A DNA stretch of 61,717 nt, filler included. It is 3 parts of 3 records of this genome, joined end to end, with 100 filler letters (N's around TTAATTAATTAA, not from the genome) between each part and the next. Parts side by side here need not be neighbours in the genome. Positions count along the whole stretch, not along the records: positions 14,891 to 42,415 come from SRR20825006_140; 2 more parts are not named here. One strand, written 5' to 3'. Below the pieces are notes generated by a model. That model searched no databases and was not told the DNA's origin. It was given only the letters and a program-made list of their open reading frames with translations. Numbering within the stretch: the stretch's first letter is position 1; the number at the start of each line of letters is the position of its first letter. Below, piece by piece: positions 17,949 to 27,898 of this stretch. Both the position numbers and the translations under genes were made by a program.

Positions 17949-19966
17949 TATGCTTTTGAAAGAATTACTTTTTCGTTTTCCTTCGCAATTAAAAGTTCAT
18001 AGAATTTTTTCAAATTCCCATATTCTTCAGCAGCAATAAATGATTTATTTATTGAAAACTCAACTGAAAGTTGCAATTTATTCCCTACTTGTGAAATTAA
18101 ATAACGGTAACTTCCCACGTTTTCACCTAAATTAAAAACTGCGTTTTCGGGCATTGACTCCACAACATATCCTTCAGGCAAAGCAATGTTTACAATATAT
18201 CGATTCTTGATTGGGAATCCATAATCAATAGGATACTGGCGCGTATCTGGCTTAAAAGGTGTTTCCTTGGTGGCCATAAAAACCAATGGTGAAAAATATA
18301 ATTTGCCCGCTACATTTTCTACAGCATCTAATGACTCAAAATCATATTGTAAGGAAACTGGTTTACCGAGCGTGCTCAAATTTTCAAAACTTACATTAGC
18401 AAGTTCTGTTTGGTCAGTATCTTTTTCTAATGCTTTACGCTGTGCATCTTCATTCAAACTTTTATATTCCGACCTATATTTAAATGCATAATTTCCTGTA
18501 AATCTGCTTTGATTTTTTCCTGAAATAGACATATCTGGCTTAATTTCTGCATTTACCATTGAACTTTGTACCGCAGGAATAATTGAGCTTAAAGAAACCC
18601 AACCAGAAGTGCCATCTCTCTTAATAACACGCCCTTGCCAGTTTAATATATTCGACTTTAAAACTCCAATCTCAGCATCTTTATTGGTTGCATCTAATAG
18701 TAACGTTCCTGAAGGAAGATCTACCGCTGCAATAACATAATTAAAGCCGTTACGCGTCGGAAACAAAGGGATACCATGTTTTTTTGTACTAACTAATACA
18801 GGATTTGCATCAAGGTTTGCATGACGCAACATGGCTACCAACATTAAATTAATGTCTGCTACATTACCAGAACCTTTTTTATATGCAGATTTAAGCCCTT
18901 CGTTTGAATAGTAACCGTTATAACCGTTCCAATTCATTTTATTCAAAACATATGAAAAAACACGACTTATTTTATCTTCAGGATTGGAAACGCCACTTAG
19001 TAGATTATCTATATCATCTTCAAAATAATTGGTTCGCTTCAGTTCTGTTCCAAATTCATCTACTCGATAGATACTTTTAGAAACGTCTTCCCATGTTGTG
19101 GCGTATGTTTTCAGCGGTGAGCCAGGAAAATCTATATAACTCATCTCAAATTGAAGTGCCGTAGTATAATTATTTAAATTACCTACATACGATTCTTCTT
19201 TAAGTGCTGGAACATTTTCTAAAGCTACAGTATAGGTGTCTTCATTAAATTTAACTTCTCGCGTTGTAGTTTCTGGAATTCCTGCGCCTTGAAATGCCTT
19301 AATATCCTGTGTTGTTTGTCTATAAGTCATTGTGCGCTCTCTTGTTTCAGAATCAACATTATAAGGAACCCAACCTCTTTGGTGTGTCTTATAAACAAAA
19401 TATTCTGGGGTGGTAAAAAGCACTTTTAATTTATCTACCGGAATGGTTTCTTGAAATCTAAATTCATCTATATTAAAGATAAAAGGTGAATTGATCGTAT
19501 ATTTGTATTCAATAACACAACCTTCACGAACATCTGGCATGGTGATTTTTGTTTGTGTTAAATATTTACTGGTTTCTTCTTCAAAAATACCATCGTTTTT
19601 CAATTTCACCTCTTCCACTTTCCCATCGGCACCAACATAGTACGTATACCCTCTCAAACCAAGAAGTTTATCTTCACCATCTCCTTTATAAATATTTATA
19701 GTCGCATTAGCCCAATCAAAACCTTCCTTAGTATAAATTTTAATTCGCTCAAAATAATCTGTCACCATATACCAACCTGCATCTTGTGTATATTGAAAAT
19801 CGGTTTTAGTTTCACGATAAAGCACTGCTGCATCTGCGGTTGGTTCAGACGGGTGTTCTTTCTGAAGTATTTCTTCTTTAGACACTTTTCCGAATTTATA
19901 GTTTTGTGCAATCGAAATATTCATAAAGAATAGTACCGTAATTGCTGAAAGTATACGTGTTTTCAT
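17948..19966 (-). CDS. DUF3857/transglutaminase-like/DUF3858 protein (catalytic Cys absent)
   Basis: Signal peptide; ERIKI, GCVIEYKY, GNVADINL, FNYVI, LLDAT. Confidence 0.85.
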   Translation of the reverse strand: MKTRILSAITVLFFMNISIAQNYKFGKVSKEEILQKEHPSEPTADAAVLYRETKTDFQYTQDAGWYMVTDYFERIKIYTKEGFDWANATINIYKGDGEDKLLGLRGYTYYVGADGKVEEVKLKNDGIFEEETSKYLTQTKITMPDVREGCVIEYKYTINSPFIFNIDEFRFQETIPVDKLKVLFTTPEYFVYKTHQRGWVPYNVDSETRERTMTYRQTTQDIKAFQGAGIPETTTREVKFNEDTYTVALENVPALKEESYVGNLNNYTTALQFEMSYIDFPGSPLKTYATTWEDVSKSIYRVDEFGTELKRTNYFEDDIDNLLSGVSNPEDKISRVFSYVLNKMNWNGYNGYYSNEGLKSAYKKGSGNVADINLMLVAMLRHANLDANPVLVSTKKHGIPLFPTRNGFNYVIAAVDLPSGTLLLDATNKDAEIGVLKSNILNWQGRVIKRDGTSGWVSLSSIIPAVQSSMVNAEIKPDMSISGKNQSRFTGNYAFKYRSEYKSLNEDAQRKALEKDTDQTELANVSFENLSTLGKPVSLQYDFESLDAVENVAGKLYFSPLVFMATKETPFKPDTRQYPIDYGFPIKNRYIVNIALPEGYVVESMPENAVFNLGENVGSYRYLISQVGNKLQLSVEFSINKSFIAAEEYGNLKKFYELLIAKENEKVILSKA

Positions 19967-19978
19967 TTGAATAGGTGT

Positions 19979-21880
19979 TTATTGGATATTTTGTTTTAAC
20001 AGTATTTTTGTCTTGTCTAATCTTGCTATGGATCTTAAAAATTCACGATAATTTTCATATTCTGAAGGAGGATATTCTCCTTTATGAATAAGTAGTTTTC
20101 TAGTGTATATCAACTTATTTGCTTCCGTTTTACTGAAATTCATTTCATATTTTCCAAATTTCGTTTCTAAAACCGAAGCTTCTGGAAGTGTTTCAATACT
20201 AAAATTTTCAGGAATTCCAACTTCAATAGTATCATCATCCACATACCCGAAACCTATATAAAGGTTTTGTTTTCTGTTTTCAATTCGCGGTGGAATGTAT
20301 TTATTTTGATTAAAAATATTAGCACAGAATAAAAAATCATCCCCCACGGGGTTTGCGTAATTAGGGATGGTAAGTGATAATTTTTCAGTAAACACAACAT
20401 TTTCACGATCGTTGTTAAATTCAATAGCATCTATTGAAAATCCATTAATATAGCTCCATCGGTTCTTAAAATACGCATCTATATCGTCTTGTTTTTTCTT
20501 CGGAAGTAAATATTTATCGTCATATTGAAGTCCTTTTGAAATACTTTCAAAATCTACACTCACCTTACCATCCGCAGCTACTTTTACTTTTGCAGTATTT
20601 GTTTGGCTACTATTTTCAGTTTCATACACAGCGGTATGGGCAATTTTTCCACCTTCAGGAGTAATAAGCAACACATCCCTATCATCCGTAAAATTACCTA
20701 AATAGCCATAAGGCAAATCTTGACTGGTACATTCTAGCCAGGTTATTTTGTCTTCGTCCGGAATTGCAAGAATCATATGATTACCTTGAAGTGAAGTAAA
20801 ATCTGAAGTAATATCTCTTTCCGCAGTATCGCCGTATAAAATAGTATAATACGACGGTACACCTACCGCATCAAGCATAGCTTTGGTATAATTTGTCAAC
20901 GCTTTACAATCTCCATAACTAAGCTTATCAACATCGGAAGCAAGCATTGGTTTCCACCCACCAATACCAATTTGAATACTCACATAACGAACTTTGTCTT
21001 GAAGGTATTGATATATTTTTCGAGCTTTCTCCTCATTAGTTGTTTCATTAGCGACTAGACTTTTTGCACGAGCTAACGTTCCTTCAGGTAAATCACGCAC
21101 GTCAGAAAGAAGGTTTTTATACATCCAACTTCCAAATTGTTGCCAATCTTTACCAGAACCTGTTTCCCCTTTTAGCTTAAAAACATCAAGAGCAATAGTA
21201 ACATGGGGTAAAATAGTACTTATGGAAGGACTGTGCTCCTCATACCGAATTGTTTTTAAATTGCTAGCTGAAAAGATAAGTTCATTTGCTTCTTCAGATA
21301 TTGAAATATCATATCCTTCTATATTATGAGATTTGTATTTTGGCTTGTTTGAAGGATCATATTTTAATTTTAAAACACTTTTCTGAGTGCTTTCAGCATA
21401 GCCGTTCAAAGGGAACCAAGAGTCTAGAAATGCAGAATCACCAGTTTCGGTTTCACTTTCATAAACTACAATATAAGGATAAGTAGTAGGGGTGTACTTT
21501 AAATAGAGCACGCGATCATCACTATAAATATTACTTCCAGTTCGGCTTACATCAATAAATTCCTTCTTTTTGAAATGTGCTATTTCTTTACCAAAAGAAT
21601 TATAAACCCATGCTTCAGCATTTTTTACACGTGAATTTTCATCATAAAACTCATAAAGGTTGGCATCATCATCACCAATTTTGTTAAGAACTGCTACAAC
21701 ACGACGTTTTTTTACTTTCAGTTTATTAATATCGCTAACATCCATCTCAACCAATTCATCGATCAAAACACTATTAGCATACTCCATTAACTCTGCATTT
21801 ACAGAGGTTATATTGTATTCTTTTTGAGCATAAATACTAACCGAGCAAAACAGAAATACGAAACATAAGATGGTTTTCAT
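19979..21880 (-). CDS. DUF3857/transglutaminase domain protein (Cys-His-acid triad present)
   Basis: Signal peptide; VRYVSIQIGIGGWKP, YGDCKAL, GNHMIL, WLECT. Confidence 0.88.
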   Translation of the reverse strand: MKTILCFVFLFCSVSIYAQKEYNITSVNAELMEYANSVLIDELVEMDVSDINKLKVKKRRVVAVLNKIGDDDANLYEFYDENSRVKNAEAWVYNSFGKEIAHFKKKEFIDVSRTGSNIYSDDRVLYLKYTPTTYPYIVVYESETETGDSAFLDSWFPLNGYAESTQKSVLKLKYDPSNKPKYKSHNIEGYDISISEEANELIFSASNLKTIRYEEHSPSISTILPHVTIALDVFKLKGETGSGKDWQQFGSWMYKNLLSDVRDLPEGTLARAKSLVANETTNEEKARKIYQYLQDKVRYVSIQIGIGGWKPMLASDVDKLSYGDCKALTNYTKAMLDAVGVPSYYTILYGDTAERDITSDFTSLQGNHMILAIPDEDKITWLECTSQDLPYGYLGNFTDDRDVLLITPEGGKIAHTAVYETENSSQTNTAKVKVAADGKVSVDFESISKGLQYDDKYLLPKKKQDDIDAYFKNRWSYINGFSIDAIEFNNDRENVVFTEKLSLTIPNYANPVGDDFLFCANIFNQNKYIPPRIENRKQNLYIGFGYVDDDTIEVGIPENFSIETLPEASVLETKFGKYEMNFSKTEANKLIYTRKLLIHKGEYPPSEYENYREFLRSIARLDKTKILLKQNIQ

Positions 21881-21942
21881 AAACTCTTTTAATTAGATGC
21901 CAATATATAAAATTATAAAAGGTTAATAAAAGGTTAAAGACG

Positions 21943-22395
21943 TTATTCTCTGTTTTTTGAATCCATCCAGATTGTAACTGGGCCGTCATTTATTAAAGCT
22001 ACATCCATCATAGCACCAAAAGTTCCCGTTTTTGTTTTTTTTGAGGTTTCCTTTTCTAACTGAAATATAAATTTTTCATACAGCGGAATAGCAACTTCTG
22101 GTCTGGCTGCCTTTATAAACGAAGGTCGATTTCCTTTTTTTGTATTTGCGTGAAGCGTAAATTGGCTTACTACTAAACAATCACCATCTATATCGTGCAC
22201 AGAAAGATTCATTGCATCGTTTTCATCTGAAAAAATACGTAATCGTGTAATTTTTCCAGCCAACCAGTCGATGTCTTCTTGAGTATCTTCAGCTTCAATT
22301 CCCAATAAAATAAGCAAACCTTGATTTATTTCAGAAACTATTTCTCCTTCAATCGCTACAGAAGCTTTTTTCACTCTTTGAATTAAAACACGCAT
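21943..22395 (-). CDS. dtd: D-aminoacyl-tRNA deacylase
   Basis: MRVLIQRV, SQFTL, KGNRPSF, NDGPVT. Confidence 0.97.
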   Translation of the reverse strand: MRVLIQRVKKASVAIEGEIVSEINQGLLILLGIEAEDTQEDIDWLAGKITRLRIFSDENDAMNLSVHDIDGDCLVVSQFTLHANTKKGNRPSFIKAARPEVAIPLYEKFIFQLEKETSKKTKTGTFGAMMDVALINDGPVTIWMDSKNRE

Positions 22396-22451
22396 TTTAT
22401 ATATGATTAGATAATTAGAAAAATTCCTCCCAACACCTTCCTTTTCAATTT

Positions 22452-23399
22452 TTATTTTTCATAAATATCTTTTCGGAAGTGTTCTTCCTCTCCTTCTATA
22501 ATCTGCAAATAACTTTTATACCGAGACCAAGCTATTTCTTCTTTTTCCAAAGCTTCTTTTACGGCGCAATGTGGTTCTTCAATATGCAAACAGTTATTGA
22601 ATTTACAATTTTCTTTTAGTTCAAAAAACTCTGGAAAATAAGCTCCGAGTTCTTCTTTATCTATTTCCACAACACCAAAACCTTTAATTCCAGGGGTGTC
22701 TATTATTTGCCCACCAAAAGAAAGATCGAACATTTCTGCAAAAGTTGTAGTGTGTTGCCCTTGTAAATGCTGTTCAGAAATTTTTGAGGTTTTTAGACTT
22801 AAACCTGGCTCTAACGTATTTATTAAAGTAGATTTTCCTACCCCACTATGACCAGAAAACATAGTTACTTTATCATGCATTAACGCCTTAACCTTATCGA
22901 TGTTTTTTCCAGTAATTGCTGAAATTCCAATACATTCATACCCAATTTTTCGATACAAAGCCGCGAGAAATTTTATTTCTAATAATTCATCATCCGTATA
23001 GGTATCTACTTTGTTGAAAAGCAAAACAGCTTTAATATGGTATGCTTCTGCAGTAACCAAAAAACGATCTATAAAAGTTGTAAAAGTTGGCGGATTGTTT
23101 AAGGTAATTAGCAAAAAAGCAACGTCTATATTAGCGGCGATTATATGGGTTTGCTTTGAAAGATTTACCGACTTTCGAATGATATAATTATCCCTTTCAT
23201 CAATATGTGAAATAACACCAACTGTTTCATCTCCTTTTTTTTCAACCTGAAAATCTACATGATCCCCTACCGCAACTGGGTTTGTGCTTTTAATACCCCC
23301 AATACGGAATTTACCTTTAATACGACAATCGTAAAAATTTCCATCCTCAGCTTTTACTGAATACCAACTTCCAGTAGATTTATAAACAAGTCCTTTCAT
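22452..23399 (-). CDS. rsgA: Ribosome small subunit-dependent GTPase A
   Basis: NKVD, GHSGVGKS, GQHTTT, DTPG, CKFNNCLHIEEPHC Zn finger. Confidence 0.97.
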   Translation of the reverse strand: MKGLVYKSTGSWYSVKAEDGNFYDCRIKGKFRIGGIKSTNPVAVGDHVDFQVEKKGDETVGVISHIDERDNYIIRKSVNLSKQTHIIAANIDVAFLLITLNNPPTFTTFIDRFLVTAEAYHIKAVLLFNKVDTYTDDELLEIKFLAALYRKIGYECIGISAITGKNIDKVKALMHDKVTMFSGHSGVGKSTLINTLEPGLSLKTSKISEQHLQGQHTTTFAEMFDLSFGGQIIDTPGIKGFGVVEIDKEELGAYFPEFFELKENCKFNNCLHIEEPHCAVKEALEKEEIAWSRYKSYLQIIEGEEEHFRKDIYEK

Positions 23400-23511
23400 T
23401 GCAACAAAAATCTGAAAATTAAACCATTCCGCAACTTTTTAATTGCTCAGATATTTAAATTTATGTAATTTGCACCAATAGTATGAATATGCATGAATTA
23501 ATATTTAAAAA

Positions 23512-23769
23512 ATGGCGGTAATACGAAAAACAGTAACCTTCACTGAGCAACAGGATAAATGGATAAAAGCTCAAATTGAAGCTGGTGAATTTACTAATGA
23601 TAGTGAATATCTTAGAAATTTGGTGCGCCAAGACCAAGCAAATAATGCTCAGTTCTTAGCACTAAAAAAAACCCTACTTGACAGTCTTGAAAGTGGCGTA
23701 AGCAACAAATCGCTCCCAGAAATTATGAAAAGTATAGAAAAGAGAATGAAAGCTGATGGGCGTTTATAA
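23512..23769 (+). CDS. parD: ParD-family (RHH) antitoxin
   Basis: RKTVTFT...WIKAQI.AG.F.NDSEYLR.LVR.D pattern; overlaps the toxin gene. Confidence 0.85.
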   Translation: MAVIRKTVTFTEQQDKWIKAQIEAGEFTNDSEYLRNLVRQDQANNAQFLALKKTLLDSLESGVSNKSLPEIMKSIEKRMKADGRL

Positions 23770-24046
23770 GCTATCTAAAAACTCAGAAATTAACATTGCC
23801 GAAATGTATCAATACGGTATTGTAAAATTTGGTCTACTTCAAGCCCAAAATTATTTTATAGAAATGGAGCAACTCTTAAACTTGTTGTCTCATAATACTG
23901 AACTCGGAAGGGATGCTTCCGAATTTATTCCAAAATTGAAGCGTTTTTCATTTAAAGCACATACTATCTTTTACATGGTTACAGATTACGGGATTTTTAT
24001 TGTTAACATTTTAAGTCATAAAATGGATTACACAACCAATCTCTAA
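23756..24046 (+). CDS. parE: ParE/RelE-family toxin
   Basis: YKLS...Y.YG...FG..QA..Y ... LGR ... HTIFY ... IL..KMD. Confidence 0.85.
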   Translation: MGVYKLSKNSEINIAEMYQYGIVKFGLLQAQNYFIEMEQLLNLLSHNTELGRDASEFIPKLKRFSFKAHTIFYMVTDYGIFIVNILSHKMDYTTNL

Positions 24047-25125
24047 TCATTAATAATCTTTTTCTGATGATTAATCGACTCTTGATGAATCGCCTTGAAT
24101 ATTTTTAGGATAAATTCTTCACTCAACTTATTTTCTTCTCCTTCTAAAATCATTTTTCCTAAAATCTCATTCCATCTTTTTGTTTGAAGAATGGCTACGT
24201 TATTTTTCTTTTTCAAAACACCTATATCATCTGCAATCCTCATTCGTTTACCTAGAGATTCTAAAAGTTGGTGATCTAAAACATCAATTTTTGTTCGCAA
24301 TGTATTCAACTTATTTTTAAATTCAACCGCATCTCCTTCTTGCTTTCTGATGCGTAAATCTACCGTCATTTGGTCTAGAGTTTGTGGTGTTATTTGCTGT
24401 GCAGCATCGCTCCAAGCATTGTCTGGATCAAAATGAGTTTCAACCATTAAGCCGTCAAAATTTAAATCTAACGCAGTTTGGCAAAGCTCAAAAATTATAT
24501 CTCTTCGGCCTGCTATATGCGAAGGGTCTAAAATAAGCGGTAAATCTGGAAATTTGTTCTGCAAATCAATCGGTATTTGCCATTCTGGATTATTTCGGTA
24601 ACGCGTTTTTTCATAGGTTGAAAAACCGCGGTGAATAACGCCCAAATTTTTTACATCAGATTCATAAAAACGTTCTACAGCACCCAACCACAATGCTAAA
24701 TCTGGATTCACTGGATTTTTTATTAAAACAATTTTATCAGTTCCTTTTAACGCATCGGCAATTTCCTGTACAATAAACGGCGAAACTGTTGTGCGCGCAC
24801 CTACCCAAAGAATATCTATATCATGTTTTAAAGCCAAATCTACATGGTTGGCGTTGGCAACTTCAGTTGCAATCATTAATCCTGTTTCCTGTTTTGCTTT
24901 TTGCAACCATTTTAACCCCAAAGCACCCACGCCTTCAAAATTACCTGGGCGGGTTCTAGGCTTCCAAATACCTGCTCTTAAAACTGTAGCATCAGTTGCT
25001 TTTAACTGGTGTGCAATTTTAAGCACTTGCGCTTCCGTTTCTGCACTGCAAGGACCAGCAATTACTAATGGGTGGGCCAATTCCATTTTAGTTAGCCAAT
25101 TACGAAGATTTTTATTGTTTTCCAT
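24043..25125 (-). CDS. Bifunctional DAHP synthase (type Ibeta) / chorismate mutase
   Basis: IAGPCSAE, WKPRTRP, VGART, DPSH, GLMVETH; C-terminal AroQ domain (LRTKID..D...L..RM ... IHQESI). Confidence 0.93.
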   Translation of the reverse strand: MENNKNLRNWLTKMELAHPLVIAGPCSAETEAQVLKIAHQLKATDATVLRAGIWKPRTRPGNFEGVGALGLKWLQKAKQETGLMIATEVANANHVDLALKHDIDILWVGARTTVSPFIVQEIADALKGTDKIVLIKNPVNPDLALWLGAVERFYESDVKNLGVIHRGFSTYEKTRYRNNPEWQIPIDLQNKFPDLPLILDPSHIAGRRDIIFELCQTALDLNFDGLMVETHFDPDNAWSDAAQQITPQTLDQMTVDLRIRKQEGDAVEFKNKLNTLRTKIDVLDHQLLESLGKRMRIADDIGVLKKKNNVAILQTKRWNEILGKMILEGEENKLSEEFILKIFKAIHQESINHQKKIIND

Positions 25126-25987
25126 TTATTCTTGCATTTGAAAATTGAGCTTCCATATTAGTTTCATCTTGTTGGTAAACTCCCAATATTTTTAATTCTT
25201 TCACTGTTTTTTTTAGTATTTCCATCACTTCAAAAAAGAAATTTTCATCTTCAAAAACCACATCTACAAAAAAAGCATACTGCCAAGGTTTTCCAACAAT
25301 TGGAAGTGATTGTATTTTGGTTAAATTTATATTGAAAGTCGTTAAAAGACTAAGCACATTACCCAAACTACCTACATTATGGTCCAATTCAAACTTTAAA
25401 GAAGCTTTATTGGCTTTTTTAAATCGTTGCTTTTCTTTTTTGCCCAAAAGTACGAAGCGCGTATGATTTTCTTTAATATCTTGAATATTACTGTCTAATA
25501 TTTTAAGTCCAAACTTTTCAGCAACCTGTTTTCCAGCAATTGCAGCAACGCCTGAAAGATTTTGATCTTTAATTTTTTTTGCTTCTGAAGCAGTATCTTT
25601 TCCTTCAATTATTTTAAACTGTGGCGGAAACTTTTGAAGGTATTCTCTACACTGTAACAAAGCTACAGGATGCGAATGTATTTCTTTTATATCGTGTATA
25701 GATTCCGTTTCTAAAGCCATAACATACATTTGGATGTTTAAGACTGTTTCCGCTAAAATTTCAAAAGCACCTGTATCAATAAGTGAATAATTAGGCAATA
25801 TTGAGCCTACAATTGTGTTTTCTATGGCAATTACACCATAATCCGCAATTGAATTATTTACTGCATTTGTAACTTTTTCAAAGGAATCGCACATTAAAAG
25901 AGTTATTTCTTCGTTTGGAAAAAGCTTTTCAACCGCTTGATGGTGAAACGAACTTTCTATTCCATGCATTGCTACTTTTAAGTTCAT
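25112..25987 (-). CDS. pheA: Prephenate dehydratase
   Basis: IENTIVGS, SHPVALLQC, DTA, NHTRF, ACT domain NLTKIQSLP. Confidence 0.93.
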   Translation of the reverse strand: MNLKVAMHGIESSFHHQAVEKLFPNEEITLLMCDSFEKVTNAVNNSIADYGVIAIENTIVGSILPNYSLIDTGAFEILAETVLNIQMYVMALETESIHDIKEIHSHPVALLQCREYLQKFPPQFKIIEGKDTASEAKKIKDQNLSGVAAIAGKQVAEKFGLKILDSNIQDIKENHTRFVLLGKKEKQRFKKANKASLKFELDHNVGSLGNVLSLLTTFNINLTKIQSLPIVGKPWQYAFFVDVVFEDENFFFEVMEILKKTVKELKILGVYQQDETNMEAQFSNARINGKQ

Positions 25988-26005
25988 TGTTTTAGAATTT
26001 AGATT

Positions 26006-26040
26006 AAAAAAAAAGTCCCGGAAATAATTTCCGGGACTTT
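26006..26040 (-). terminator. Attenuator terminator upstream of pheA
   Basis: Minus strand AAAGTCCCGGAAA-tta-TTTCCGGGACTTT with a U9 tract, ending 18 nt before the pheA ATG. Confidence 0.9.
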
Positions 26041-26062
26041 AAATGTTTTATGTTTGGATTAA

Positions 26063-26134
26063 CTATACAACATACCCGGTTCTATCTATAAAATAGAAAT
26101 ACCAAAAGTTGTTGAAAGTAAAAGTTTTGTTCAT
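26063..26134 (-). CDS. Aromatic amino acid leader peptide MNKTFTFNNFWYFYFIDRTGYVV (23 aa)
   Basis: Translated by hand: 5 Phe, 3 Tyr, 1 Trp; lies between the promoter and the terminator; not in the ORF track. Confidence 0.88.
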   Translation of the reverse strand: MNKTFTFNNFWYFYFIDRTGYVV

Positions 26135-26151
26135 TGTGTTCTAATAGATTG

Positions 26152-26214
26152 CTAAAGTAGTTAATTCTTAAAAACAGAAAAGACTTTTTTCATTTTTTTA
26201 TTTATGTAACTTTG
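26152..26214. promoter_or_regulatory. Divergent Bacteroidota -7 elements (leader/pheA and gldA)
   Basis: TACTTTAG on minus (26159-26152, variant); TAACTTTG on plus (26207-26214). Confidence 0.55.
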
Positions 26215-26231
26215 TTCAACTTATAAGAATT

Positions 26232-27131
26232 ATGTCAATTAAAGTAGAAAATATAACCAAAACCTACGGCGAACAAAAAGCGCTGGATGCTATTTCATTC
26301 ACTATTGAAAAAGGTGAAATCGTTGGCTTTTTAGGCCCGAATGGTGCCGGAAAATCTACGATGATGAAGATATTAACTACATTCATTCCTGCTTCAGAAG
26401 GCGTAGCAATAGTTAACGGATTTGATGTAAACAAAGACGAGATTGCGGTTAAAAAAAGTGTAGGTTATTTACCCGAACACAATCCACTTTATTTAGATAT
26501 GTATGTAAGAGAATACTTGCTTTTTAATGCTGGAATTTATAAAATTCCTAAAAGTGAAGTAGATTCTGTCATTGAAAAAACAGGTTTAACACCTGAAGCA
26601 AACAAAAAAATCGATCAACTTTCAAAAGGATATCGCCAACGTGTGGGACTTGCAAATGCGTTATTACATGAACCTGAAGTGTTAATTCTCGATGAGCCAA
26701 CTACAGGCTTGGATCCAAACCAATTAATTGAAATTAGACAGCTTATAAAAAATGTTGGGAAAGAAAAAACAGTTTTACTTTCTACACACATTATGCAGGA
26801 AGTTGAAGCTATTTGCGATCGTGTAATTATTATAAACAATGGGAAAATTGTGCTTGATAAAAAACTTCAAGACTTAAAGAACAACAAACAACAAATTATT
26901 GAAGTAGAATTTGATTATCGTGTAGAAGATGTTGCGTTACAACAGCTTCCCAAGATTGAGAAAGTTGAAAATACTATAGGTTTTGTATATCAACTCTATT
27001 TTGATACAGATCAAGATATGAGAGGAAAAGTATTTGATTTTGCCCACGATAATGGGTTGAAAATACTTCAATTACACCAAAAAAATACTACGCTCGAAAA
27101 ACTATTTTCAGAATTAACTACTCAAAAATAA
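26232..27131 (+). CDS. gldA: Gliding motility-associated ABC transporter ATP-binding subunit
   Basis: GPNGAGKS, GYLPEHNPLYLDMYVREYL, LSKGYRQRVG, EVEFDYRVE. Confidence 0.9.
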   Translation: MSIKVENITKTYGEQKALDAISFTIEKGEIVGFLGPNGAGKSTMMKILTTFIPASEGVAIVNGFDVNKDEIAVKKSVGYLPEHNPLYLDMYVREYLLFNAGIYKIPKSEVDSVIEKTGLTPEANKKIDQLSKGYRQRVGLANALLHEPEVLILDEPTTGLDPNQLIEIRQLIKNVGKEKTVLLSTHIMQEVEAICDRVIIINNGKIVLDKKLQDLKNNKQQIIEVEFDYRVEDVALQQLPKIEKVENTIGFVYQLYFDTDQDMRGKVFDFAHDNGLKILQLHQKNTTLEKLFSELTTQK

Positions 27132-27867
27132 GTTTTCCACGATACAATGCTTCAACCTCGACAATTGGAGGACGGTTTTTTGAAATTACATTTCCCAAAC
27201 CTACTATTTTTCCTCTAATGGATTCTTGTGGATTCACAATCATATCTGCTGTACTTCTATTAAAAACATACAGATTCTGCACGATTAAGTTTTCTGCAAA
27301 CATTCTAGAATCGCTCGCATAAAAACCGTAGCTAGCCTTAGTTGCCGTTCCGCTTAAATAGAATTTAGACAGTCCATTAGCAACTACACTTAAGTTTTCT
27401 GTTTCTACATTTAGTATAAAATCTCCGTCGGTATGATAGCCATCTTCATTATTTTGATCTTCAGATAAGAGTAGTAATGATGGGTAACGAAGCACGCCAA
27501 TACTTTCAATTGGCAAACCTGTACTGCTTCTAATTTCAGTTATATCTGGTGAAGTAACGTACACTTTTGTAAGCCCATAATCACGCATTAAATTGCAAGA
27601 ATTATTATTATGAATTTCTAGCTTTCCATCAGCAACATAAACTTCAACATCATTCATTAAATGTTCTCCTGTTTCCACCACTACTTTATGCGTATCGCCC
27701 TGTTGAATATACAATTTAGTACGTTCCCAAACTAGAATTTTTGTAAACGGTTGTAATGTTACTTCAGTTTGAACAATATTACCTGCTTCTTGAAAACAAT
27801 CCCAACTTTTATCTGAACTGCATCCTACAAAAAGAACTAATAATACTGCGTAAATTATTTTTTTCAT
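27118..27867 (-). CDS. GIN/DUF2807 beta-helix lipoprotein, copy 2
   Basis: Lipobox FVG-C, SWDCFQEAG, VETGEHLM, VYVTSP.I. Confidence 0.8.
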   Translation of the reverse strand: MKKIIYAVLLVLFVGCSSDKSWDCFQEAGNIVQTEVTLQPFTKILVWERTKLYIQQGDTHKVVVETGEHLMNDVEVYVADGKLEIHNNNSCNLMRDYGLTKVYVTSPDITEIRSSTGLPIESIGVLRYPSLLLLSEDQNNEDGYHTDGDFILNVETENLSVVANGLSKFYLSGTATKASYGFYASDSRMFAENLIVQNLYVFNRSTADMIVNPQESIRGKIVGLGNVISKNRPPIVEVEALYRGKLIFE

Positions 27868-27898
27868 AATTATCATTTCTGAAAAAATTCAGGTGTTT

